DNA of 64,000 bases from Akkermansiaceae bacterium (GTDB lineage: Bacteria; Verrucomicrobiota; Verrucomicrobiia; Verrucomicrobiales; Akkermansiaceae), in NCBI GenBank assembly GCA_051251915.1, contig JBPOGF010000020.1, forward strand, positions 1 through 64,000, given 5' to 3'. This document shows positions 38,914 through 48,700 of the stretch, one piece after another. Position 1 is the stretch's first letter, and each line of letters begins with the position of its first letter. The notes below the pieces were generated by a model. That model was not told the origin of the DNA. It did not search any database and saw only the letters and a list, made by a program, of their open reading frames with translations. The position numbers and the translations under genes are program-made.

Positions 38914-40131
38914 CTATGGTTGGCTACGCTTGTCTAACCAGCGTGAAACATATGTATGTCCACCAAGACCTATCGCAATAGCGCCGCCTATTCCTAAAGC
39001 AACACCAGCAGCACAGATCGCTACAGTGTATGGAAGTGATGCTAGACCATTTGCAATCCCAGTGCGGTTTATCGCAACCACTGAAGTGAAGATGATGATC
39101 GCATATTTCGAAATTTTAGCGAGGAGTGGATTCCCACCCACTAGGTTATCATAAACAAAACGTGAAGCAATAATACCAGCAGCTAGGATGATAAGCGCTA
39201 GAAGCACATTAAAGTATCCTGTGTAAAGGCCTTCAGACGCTCTAGAAAGAATATCGATATTAAGTTCTCTAATTGCTGCAGTGAGTGAAAGAACCACCAC
39301 TGAGATCATCACCACTGTACCAGCGACAGATGAGATAGAGCGTGCACCAGTAGTTGGAACACTCAATCCCATTTTAGCTGGGAATGTGTTAACATTAGTA
39401 CCTTCAAGAAGATTGCTTACAAGACGCTTCGCAATGTTACCAATAAGGCAACCAAGGAAGATGATCACACCAGCGGCCAAGATTCTTGGCACAGCATCAG
39501 TGATAGATGTCACAATCCCTTTGATAGGAGATGAAATCGCATCAATCTTTAGGAGATCCAGCACAGCAGGAGCACATAAAAGAAGAATGAACGCGTAAAC
39601 AGCAGTAACTAGTGAGTTACTCACTGGAGTAGTTCCAGCCACTGATCCAAGCCTTTCGTCCAACTTAGTAGCTACGAGCACATCAGCTAGAAGCTTCTTA
39701 ACTAGTCCTGCAATGAGAACGATCACGTAAGCAAGTACACCTGCTACTACGAGGTTAGGAATGAAGTTAGTTACCTTAGTAAGCATGTCGTTGAGTGGTT
39801 GACTCACCACATCAAGCTTAGCTACGCCAAGTGCAAAAATGAGGATGAAAAGCATCAAAAGTGCTTTTACAAACCCTACGATTCCACCCGTGACATTTGT
39901 GTCATGTCCAAATCTCGCAGCTATCTTGTCATCAATACTGGTCTTAGAGAGAGACTTCTCCACTAATTTGCCAACACCTTTGACGATAAACTTACCGACC
40001 CATAGGATCAAAATTAGTAGCAAAATATCTCCAAATCTTCCCAGACTTGAAAACAGATCTTGAACTGTATTGATCCAGTCTTGCATTGTATCTCTGAATG
40101 TATTCCCGAGAAACATCATTGTATTATTCAT
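38914..40131 (-). CDS. Multi-TM mechanosensitive channel-associated protein (CmpX/MscS TM-helix repeats)
   Basis: Repeated TM pairs (FIPNLVVA, VPRILAA) and C-terminal AIAIGLGG. Confidence 0.7.
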   Translation of the reverse strand: MNNTMMFLGNTFRDTMQDWINTVQDLFSSLGRFGDILLLILILWVGKFIVKGVGKLVEKSLSKTSIDDKIAARFGHDTNVTGGIVGFVKALLMLFILIFALGVAKLDVVSQPLNDMLTKVTNFIPNLVVAGVLAYVIVLIAGLVKKLLADVLVATKLDERLGSVAGTTPVSNSLVTAVYAFILLLCAPAVLDLLKIDAISSPIKGIVTSITDAVPRILAAGVIIFLGCLIGNIAKRLVSNLLEGTNVNTFPAKMGLSVPTTGARSISSVAGTVVMISVVVLSLTAAIRELNIDILSRASEGLYTGYFNVLLALIILAAGIIASRFVYDNLVGGNPLLAKISKYAIIIFTSVVAINRTGIANGLASLPYTVAICAAGVALGIGGAIAIGLGGHTYVSRWLDKRSQP

Positions 40132-40293
40132 ATTTTTATTTTCCGTTGTTTTTTATGATTATAAACTCAATGCAAAGAATAAGTTGGTATCAACTGCTTC
40201 CTTCTTTACTTTTGAGTTCACAGCTTTAGATACTCAGCAAACTAAAAATTGTCACACTTATTATAGGAATATTTCCGACACACCCAATATCTC

Positions 40294-41328
40294 ATGTCAC
40301 TCAAAGACTTACATAGATTAACCACTCAGTTTATTAGCTCTCCAGATGGCCAATTCACCGACTCTCCCCCCCTTGCTCTAACCCAACTTTTTCTCGATAT
40401 TTTCCATCGGCAACACCAAGAAAACACAGCTTACAGAAAATTCTGTGATTTATCCATAACACCCCCCATCCAGTCCATCAATAACATCCCTGCTCTCCCC
40501 ACAGACGCCTTCAAACTCACCCCAAATCCCACCTCCCTAACACCAGAAGAAATCACCACCACCTTCCTTACATCCGGCACCACCACCGAAACCAAAGGCA
40601 GCCACCACTTCTCCACCACCCACACCTACGAGACATCCATACTCCAAGGCTGGAAATACTGCCAACTTCCCAAACTCCATCCCAATACCTTCATCCTCAC
40701 GCCCACCACCGCTGAAGCCCCACACTCATCCCTCAGCCACATGATGGAAACCCTCAAGCAACACCTCTCCCCGTCAGCAACCTTCATTCTCAGCAACGGC
40801 ACCCTAGACCACCAACACATCATCGACTGCGCCAACTCAGGCACCCCAGTCACCCTCCTAGGCACAGCCCTAGCCTTCCTCCAGCTCTTCGAAACCCTAG
40901 AATCACTCCCCACCATCCAGCTCCCCCCCGGCAGCTGGGCACTAGAAACAGGCGGCTACAAAGGCTCCAAAAAGTCACTCACCAAAGAAGAACTCTACCA
41001 GAAATTCCGCACCCACCTCAACATCCCCCAAGACCACATCTGGAATGAATACTCGATGACCGAGCTCAGCAGCCAGTTCTATACCTCCGGAATAGGCAAC
41101 CCACATATCGCCCCACCCTGGACCCAAATCAAAGTCATCAACCCAGAAACCAATCTCCCCGTAAAATCCGGCGAAATCGGTTATCTAGTCATCTACGACC
41201 TCGCAAATATCGACTCAGTCCTAGCCATCCGCACCCAAGACCTAGCCATTTTCCACGACTCTCAAAGCTTCACCCTCATCGGCAGAGACCCCTCAGCCCT
41301 TCCTCGTGGCTGTTCTCGTTCTCTATAA
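40294..41328 (+). CDS. LuxE-like acyl-protein synthetase
   Basis: FLTSGTT, ETGGYKG, EYSMTELSSQ, IRTQD and GR....PRGCS motifs. Confidence 0.8.
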   Translation: MSLKDLHRLTTQFISSPDGQFTDSPPLALTQLFLDIFHRQHQENTAYRKFCDLSITPPIQSINNIPALPTDAFKLTPNPTSLTPEEITTTFLTSGTTTETKGSHHFSTTHTYETSILQGWKYCQLPKLHPNTFILTPTTAEAPHSSLSHMMETLKQHLSPSATFILSNGTLDHQHIIDCANSGTPVTLLGTALAFLQLFETLESLPTIQLPPGSWALETGGYKGSKKSLTKEELYQKFRTHLNIPQDHIWNEYSMTELSSQFYTSGIGNPHIAPPWTQIKVINPETNLPVKSGEIGYLVIYDLANIDSVLAIRTQDLAIFHDSQSFTLIGRDPSALPRGCSRSL

Positions 41329-41360
41329 GCCCCCCTTATTGAGACTACCAAACAACAAAC

Positions 41361-41375
41361 TTAGAATTATTCTAA
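41361..41375. promoter_or_regulatory. 7-1-7 palindrome TTAGAAT-T-ATTCTAA, probable Fur-family (PerR/Irr-type) operator
   Basis: Perfect inverted repeat 45 bp upstream of the fur-family gene that heads the suf operon. Confidence 0.7.
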
Positions 41376-41419
41376 ATAAGACTTGATTCGAGTCGAGGCA
41401 TGACTACATTGCCGCCCAG

Positions 41420-41821
41420 ATGAGAATCCACGACCACCAACTAGAAGTCCCCGGACTGCGCATGACAAAACAGCGCAAGGAGGTCTACCGTGCCCTCATG
41501 GAAAACCAAGACCACCCCTCCGCCAGCGAACTCTTTGAGCAAATGAAAGACAACGAGTCACCCATGTCACTCGCCACCGTCTACAACTGCTTAGAAGCAC
41601 TCGTCGAGCACGGCGCGGTCAAACAAGTCAACATCGACCGCGAACCCACAAGATACTGCCAGAACTGTATCCCACACGGTCACTTCCATGACCAAGCCAC
41701 CGGCACCATCCACGACATCACTTTCAAACCAGGAGCAAAACTCACTGACCTCCTAGACCTCCCAGAAGGAACAGAAATATCAAACCTAGAAATCACTCTA
41801 AAAGGAACCATCCCATCATAA
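41420..41821 (+). CDS. Fur-family transcriptional regulator (PerR/Irr-like)
   Basis: [19 protein letters not shown] and PHGHF motifs. Confidence 0.9.
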   Translation: MRIHDHQLEVPGLRMTKQRKEVYRALMENQDHPSASELFEQMKDNESPMSLATVYNCLEALVEHGAVKQVNIDREPTRYCQNCIPHGHFHDQATGTIHDITFKPGAKLTDLLDLPEGTEISNLEITLKGTIPS

Positions 41822-41879
41822 ACAAACTGGCGAAGCCAACAATCAATCTCAAATACTAAATATAAAATATCAAATCACC

Positions 41880-42626
41880 ATGTCTATCATCATCAAAGAC
41901 CTTCACGCAAAAATCGGCGACACTGAAATCCTCAAAGGCGTCAACCTAGAAATCCCTAAAGGCGAAGTCCACGCCATCATGGGAATCAACGGATCAGGTA
42001 AATCAACACTCTCCAAAGTAATCGCCGGCCACGATGACTACGAAGTCACCAGCGGAAGCATCGAAATGGACGGACAAGACATCCTCGAACTAGACGTAGA
42101 CGAACGCTCACGTGAAGGCATCTTCCTCGCATTCCAATACCCAATGGAAATCCCAGGAGTATCCAATGCTAACTTCATCCGCGCCGCACTCAACGCCCGC
42201 CTCCCAGAAGGAGAAGAACTCGACGCAGTAGCATACTACAAAAACCTCTACTCCAAAATGGATGGCCTAGAAATGGACCGCAAATTCACCGCCCGTGCCG
42301 TAAACGAAGGCTTCTCAGGCGGAGAGAAAAAGCGTAACGAAATCCTCCAAATGGCAATGCTAGAGCCAAGCTACTGCATTCTAGATGAAACAGACTCAGG
42401 CCTCGATATCGACGCCCTCAAAATCGTCTCAAAAGGAGTAAACTCACTCCGCACAGAAGACCGCGGCTTCCTCATCATCACCCATTACCAACGTCTCCTC
42501 AACTACATCAAACCAGATGTAGTCCACGTCATGTTCGACGGCCAAATCATCAAATCAGGTGGCCCAGAACTAGCACTAGAACTAGAAGAAAAAGGCTACG
42601 ACCACCTCAAGCCAGTCCCTGCGTAA
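41880..42626 (+). CDS. sufC: Fe-S cluster assembly ATPase SufC
   Basis: [35 protein letters not shown] and ITHYQR motifs. Confidence 0.97.
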   Translation: MSIIIKDLHAKIGDTEILKGVNLEIPKGEVHAIMGINGSGKSTLSKVIAGHDDYEVTSGSIEMDGQDILELDVDERSREGIFLAFQYPMEIPGVSNANFIRAALNARLPEGEELDAVAYYKNLYSKMDGLEMDRKFTARAVNEGFSGGEKKRNEILQMAMLEPSYCILDETDSGLDIDALKIVSKGVNSLRTEDRGFLIITHYQRLLNYIKPDVVHVMFDGQIIKSGGPELALELEEKGYDHLKPVPA

Positions 42627-42682
42627 CCCAACCGTGCCTCCGACCTCTGGTCGGAAATCATCACACAACCACCCATACCACC

Positions 42683-44140
42683 ATGGAAATCGACAATACT
42701 TTAACAACTTCTGCACCACAGGAAATAGATCAAGAAACCGCAGACGCCATCGCCATTGATGAGCGTTCTAAAGGCGACTTCTCATACCCAGAAGATCACA
42801 AATACGATGCTGGCGTAGGTCTCAATGAAGACACCATCCGCTACATCTCCAAGGTCAAAAAAGAAAAAGACTGGATCCTAGAATTCCGCCTCAAAGCACT
42901 CGAAGTCTTCTTCGCAAAAGCAATGCCCACCAACTGGGCAACAGAAGACCTCAACAACATCGAATTCGACAAAATCCGCTACTACCTCGCTAACGGCCAA
43001 CGCCCAACACGAAGCTGGGATGAAGTCCCAGACGACATCAAAGAAACCTTCGAGCGCCTCGGCATCCCACAGCAAGAACGCGCATTCCTCGCTGGTGTAG
43101 AAGCCCAGTTCGACTCAGAAGCAGCCTACTCAAACGTCAAAGAAGACCTCGAAAAAGAAGGCGTCATCTTCGTAAACTCCACAGAAGGACTCCGCGAACA
43201 CGAAGAAATCTTCCGCCCATACTTCGGCAAAGTCATCCCAACTGGTGACAACAAATTCTCAGCACTCAACTCAGCAGTATTCTCCGGTGGCTCATTCATC
43301 TACATCCCGAAAGGCGTGAAAGTGAAACAACCACTCCAAGCATACTTCCGCATCAACTCCGAAAACTTCGGCCAGTTCGAGCGCACACTCATCATCGCCG
43401 ATGAAGGATCAGAAGTCATGTACATGGAAGGATGCACCGCACCCAAATTTGAAACCGCCACACTCCACTCAGCAGTAGTAGAACTCGTAGCACTCAAAGG
43501 AGCCAAGATCCAATACGTCACCGTCCAGAACTGGTCAGCTAACGTATTCAACCTCGTCACCAAACGCGGCCTAGCACACGAAGACGCAGAAATCCGCTGG
43601 ATCGATTGCAACATCGGCTCACGTCTCACCATGAAATACCCTGGCGTAGTCATGAAAGGCGAGCGCGCACGCGGAGAAGTCATCTCCATCGCACTCGCAA
43701 ACGATGGACAACACCAAGACACCGGTGCCAAAATGATCCACGCAGCAAACAACACCACATCAAACGTTGTTTCAAAATCCATCTCAGTAGGCAAAGGCAT
43801 CTCCACATACCGCGGACAAGTCCACATCCCTAAGCACCTCAAAGGCTGCAAGAACAACACCGAGTGTGACGCACTACTCATCAACTCCAACTCACAAACT
43901 GACACCTACCCCGCCATCACAGTGCGTGGCAACCAACACGTCACCCAGCACGAGGCATCAGTATCACAAGTATCACAAGAAATGCTCTTCTACATGCAGC
44001 AGCGCGGACTCTCCGAGACACAAGCCATGTCCCTAGCAGTCAACGGCTTCGTCAACGACCTAGTCTCCGAGTTCCCAATGGAATACTCCGTAGAACTCAA
44101 ACGCCTCATCGACCTAGAAATGGAAGGATCAGTCGGTTAA
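42683..44140 (+). CDS. sufB: Fe-S cluster assembly protein SufB
   Basis: [34 protein letters not shown] and PMEY...EGSVG motifs. Confidence 0.97.
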   Translation: MEIDNTLTTSAPQEIDQETADAIAIDERSKGDFSYPEDHKYDAGVGLNEDTIRYISKVKKEKDWILEFRLKALEVFFAKAMPTNWATEDLNNIEFDKIRYYLANGQRPTRSWDEVPDDIKETFERLGIPQQERAFLAGVEAQFDSEAAYSNVKEDLEKEGVIFVNSTEGLREHEEIFRPYFGKVIPTGDNKFSALNSAVFSGGSFIYIPKGVKVKQPLQAYFRINSENFGQFERTLIIADEGSEVMYMEGCTAPKFETATLHSAVVELVALKGAKIQYVTVQNWSANVFNLVTKRGLAHEDAEIRWIDCNIGSRLTMKYPGVVMKGERARGEVISIALANDGQHQDTGAKMIHAANNTTSNVVSKSISVGKGISTYRGQVHIPKHLKGCKNNTECDALLINSNSQTDTYPAITVRGNQHVTQHEASVSQVSQEMLFYMQQRGLSETQAMSLAVNGFVNDLVSEFPMEYSVELKRLIDLEMEGSVG

Positions 44141-44198
44141 CCCAAAAGTGACATCGGCCTCCGGGTCGATAATTACAAAACAAATAATTTCACAACAA

Positions 44199-45533
44199 AT
44201 GCAAACTTTAGAAATGCCTAGCATTACCGCACAACAGCCACCAATGCTACCAGACGCACCACAATGGTTCCAAGACCTCCAAAACGCAGCCTGGAAAATC
44301 TACCAAGACACACCAGCTCCAACCCGTAAAATGGAAACCTGGCGCTTCGGCGACCTCAAGCAGCTCAACCTCGACAACTTCATCCCAGCATCAGAAATCG
44401 ACGCCGGTGACATCGAGCTAGAACTCAACGGACTAGAAGAAACCTCAGCCCAATTCATCTTCTCAAACGAAGACACAGTCCACGCTGAATCAAACCTACC
44501 AGAAGGCGTCATCTGCCTACCACTAGCAGACGCACTCCAAGAACACAGCGAACTCATCCACCAGCACCTCCTCAAACAAGAAGTCAAACTCGGATCAGAG
44601 AAATACGCAGCACTCCACGCAGCCAGCCTCTCAAACGGGCTCTTCGTCTACGTCCCAAAAGGAATCGAAGTCGAAAAACCCATCGAAGCCTACCACATCG
44701 TCGCCGGACAAAATGCAGCCATCTTCCCACACACCCTCATCATCACCGAGGACAACGCCAAAGTCAGCGTAGTCGACTACTTCATCTCCGCCAAAGCAGG
44801 TCAAACTGAAAACTCTAGCGAGGTCTGTTACGATAAAGACGCAGAAGAAACTCACCTCGTCCTAGCCATGAACGACCTTGTAGCCGCCAACGGCTCACAG
44901 CTCAACTACCTAGCCATCCAAAACGTCAACCTTTCATCCAAGGTCATCCAGATCGGCAGCACCACAGTAGACCGTGACTCACGCGCCAAATCATTCGTCC
45001 TCAACGTAGGCGCATCATGGGCTCGTAACGAATCATACTCCACCCTCGCAGGAACAGGAGCACACTCAGACATGCTCTCACTAAACATCCCAACAGGAGA
45101 CCAAAAGTATGACCAGCGCACCTTCCAGCACCACGCGTCACCACACACATACAGTGACCTCCTCTACAAAAACGCCCTCTACGGCAAGTCCAAGACCACA
45201 TTCTCCGGACTCATCGCAGTTGACGAAGACGCACACTACACAGACGCATACCAGACCTGCAGAAACCTCCTCATGACAGACACCACAGAGGCCAACTCCA
45301 TGCCAGGTCTCCAGATCAATGCAGACCAAGTCAAATGCTCACACGGATCAACCGCCTCAGCCATCAGCGACGAAGAAATCTTCTACCTCCAGGCCCGCGG
45401 CATCCACCCTAAACAAGCCCGCCAGCTCATCGCCCGTGGCTTCTGCGTCCAAGTCATCGACCGCCTAGAAAACGAACCCCTCCAAAACCTCGTTCTAAAC
45501 TACCTAGACGAGAAGTTCACTACGGTAGCATAA
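44199..45533 (+). CDS. sufD: Fe-S cluster assembly protein SufD
   Basis: ETWRF, PGLQINADQVKCSHG and FYLQARGI motifs. ATG44199 is preferred because the ORF-track GTG44148 overlaps an intergenic hairpin. Confidence 0.92.
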   Translation: MQTLEMPSITAQQPPMLPDAPQWFQDLQNAAWKIYQDTPAPTRKMETWRFGDLKQLNLDNFIPASEIDAGDIELELNGLEETSAQFIFSNEDTVHAESNLPEGVICLPLADALQEHSELIHQHLLKQEVKLGSEKYAALHAASLSNGLFVYVPKGIEVEKPIEAYHIVAGQNAAIFPHTLIITEDNAKVSVVDYFISAKAGQTENSSEVCYDKDAEETHLVLAMNDLVAANGSQLNYLAIQNVNLSSKVIQIGSTTVDRDSRAKSFVLNVGASWARNESYSTLAGTGAHSDMLSLNIPTGDQKYDQRTFQHHASPHTYSDLLYKNALYGKSKTTFSGLIAVDEDAHYTDAYQTCRNLLMTDTTEANSMPGLQINADQVKCSHGSTASAISDEEIFYLQARGIHPKQARQLIARGFCVQVIDRLENEPLQNLVLNYLDEKFTTVA

Positions 45534-45561
45534 TAAGGTTAACACTCTAAATAACTCACCC

Positions 45562-45595
45562 AAAGCTCTCTGCATTAGTTTGTAGGGAGCTTTTT
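45562..45595 (+). terminator. Rho-independent terminator of the suf operon
   Basis: AAAGCTCTCTGCA-TTAGTT-TGTAGGGAGCTTTTT. Confidence 0.8.
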
Positions 45596-45726
45596 CCTTA
45601 TAGACCTCACTGCTTCTTTTAAGTCAGCGGAGCCAGCCCAAGACAAGAGTATCAAATGATTTTACTACACTACTTAGAATAAGGTATTTACCTTGCCTTA
45701 AATAAGTATTTACTAATAATTAGTGT

Positions 45727-48700
45727 ATGAGTCTCTTAACAGGTGGAACTGCCGATAAATTAGGAAACCGATACGAAGATCGTTGGATGATTCTTCAATT
45801 TATCAGAGCTATAGATGGAGAGATTGATAGTATTCGTATCGAAGATCCCACAGCAGATAAATCCGAATGCTTGATCAGGTCAGCAAAAGGAGATGAGCTA
45901 CATCAAAATAAACGATCGAAAGCTTCTGGTAGTTGGACATTAAATCAATTAGGGAGCAATCATGCAGATATACTTTCAGCAGTTTTTAGACAACTAGACG
46001 GGAACAACAGTTCTTTCTATTTTGTATCTGGTAGTGACTCTCCTGAATTAAAAGCTCTGACAGATCAAGCCAGACTCGTTTCAGATTTTACAGATTACAA
46101 AGAGAAAGTTCTTTCTACAAAAACTCATGAGAATTCTTATAACGCTCTTCTCAAAGAATGGGGTATAACCAATGACGAAAAGGCTCTGAATATCCTTAAG
46201 AGAGTATATGTGAGAGTCATTGATGAAGAAGGCATACTTACAATAATCAACTCTAAGCTGAGAGCTCTTTTTTTATCTAATCACGGAGAAATCCGCCGCA
46301 TTCTTCAGGAAATCATCACTAATAATATTGGTGTTAATTTTACTGGCGTTGATATTCGAAATAAAATCAAAGCTCTTGGGCATCGGTTCAGAGCAATTAC
46401 CGACGCAGACTCTGCACTACGAAAAGTTAACGAATTAACTGATCAATATATTACTGAGACACGACGCAGACTTATTGCTGAAAGTCTTATCCCGCGTGAT
46501 ATTTCAGGAAAAATTGTTGACCGTATTCTATCAGCAACCGGACAAACAGATACTCTCTTAGTCAGTGATGCTGGTGGAGGGAAAAGTGTCTGTTTAACAG
46601 AAATTTCAGAAACTCTGCGAGCTTCTGAGATAACTGTTCTAACATTCCGTCTTGACCGTTTAAAGCCTACAACTACAAGCTTTAAACTTGGTGAACAATT
46701 GGGCTTAGAGGAATCCCCTTCCTTCGTTTTATCCAATTTAGAATCAAATAGAACAGCTGTCTTAGTCATTGATCAATTAGATGCTGTGTCTACTGCTTCA
46801 GGTCGCTACTCAGAATATATCTATGCAGTAGAATCTATAATTGAGGACATAAAAGCTCTAAAAAGGAAGAAACCTATACATGTCATTCTTGCTTGCCGAA
46901 AGTTTGATCTAAATAATGATCATAGGTTAAGAAAATTGATCACTCAGAAAAATTCATTATTCAAACTTGGCGATTTTAGTCTTCCAGAAGTTCAGCTAGT
47001 TCTCAAGACGTTGCCAATTGACCACAGCCTTCTCAATGACAGACAATTAAAACTTTTAGCTAGACCCCAAAATCTGTCGTTATTCAGTCAACTTCGAGAA
47101 TACTCAGAGTCTGTAACAAGTTTTGGATCCACCAAAGATCTATTTGATACCTATTGGAATGAAAAACGTATGGCAGTAGCTAAGAGATTTGGGAAAGAAG
47201 AAGATTATTGGTCAAATGTTATCGACTTTTTGGCTAGAGAAATGACAAATAATCAACAACTCTCAGTAGCTAAAGAGTGTCTTGATGAATTCCCTCCCAA
47301 ATATATTGAGCAATTAATTTCAGAAAACGTTCTCTCATTACATTCAGGTCGGTATGGCTTCGGTCATGAGAGCTTCTTTGATTACTGTTATGCTAGACGC
47401 TTTATTAGAAAAAATGAATCACTAGTCACAGTTTTAATCACTTCAGAACAACACTTGTTTAGAAGGGCGCAGGTCCGTCAAATTCTCGCTTATTTACGAG
47501 ATTCTGACCACCAGAAATACACCAAAGAATTAGAAACATTATTAAAATCGAGTGAAATCCGTATTCACATCAAAGACTTAGCTCTTTCAATTTTAGTTGC
47601 TGTCCCCAGTGTAAGTGAATCGGAATGGCTAATAATTGAACCTTGGATAGATACAAAGCTAACCAAGCTGAAAAAAGAAAAATCAGAAGCTTTTGCTGAT
47701 CTAGTTTGGCAGCACTTTTTTCACTCAAATTCATGGTTCACCTATGCTTATACGGCAGGATTACCAGCAAAGTGGCTAAATTCCGATTCTGAAAAAGTTA
47801 TTAACGTAGGAGTGAATTATCTGCGTCGCCATCAGAAAGAGAATGCAAGTGTAGTTGCTGAACTTCTCACCCCTTTTAAAGACGAATCTGGGATTTGGAG
47901 AGATAGACTTAAAGGAATCATGCAATGGGCAGATCTAGAGCAATCCCGCTCATTCTTTGATCTATTTTTAGACTTAGTCTCAAATGGTTGCCTTGACGAA
48001 GCAAAAGGACCAATAGCAGTCAATAGCACGTTCTGGGATATGATCTACAACTTAGATAAAGTTCAACCTTCTTGGGTTATAGAACTTCTTATAGTTTGGA
48101 TTCGTCGTCGTATTAAGATTATTCAAGACGGTATGACTGAAAAGAATACAAAACCTAATTGGGAAAATATATTTCCATCTGGTCAGTCGGGAGTAAAGAC
48201 AGTGAGTAAGGCCATTGAACTCTGCCCTGAAGAAACTTTAAAAAACCTCCTACCGCTTAGCCTAGAACTTGCAGAGCTAGGCGCATATGAAGGAGATAAC
48301 CTACCCGTCCGAGATGCTGTGTGGGGATACTTTCTCAAATCTAATTATCCAGATCTGCGTCAGATAATTCATTCATCCATCTGTGCCTCACTAAATAAGA
48401 CAGCTAAAAATTCACCTCAAGATTTAGAGGCAGTAGTTTCTAATCTATCTGGTAGACAAACTTATTTCTCCAATAAAATTCTACTTGGTATTTTCACAGC
48501 TGGAGCAGAATATTTTGCTGACCAAGCTCTTGCTCTATTAGAAAACGAACCTTGGCGATTTCGGTGCGGATATTCTGATAGCTCTTACTGGACATCTCGT
48601 TGCCTAGTCGGAGCTATAGCTCCTAATTTGTCTCACAAAAGAATGAAGGATCTAGAAGATTTAGTCTTAGGATACCGCTCTACATGGGAGCAGACAAAGA

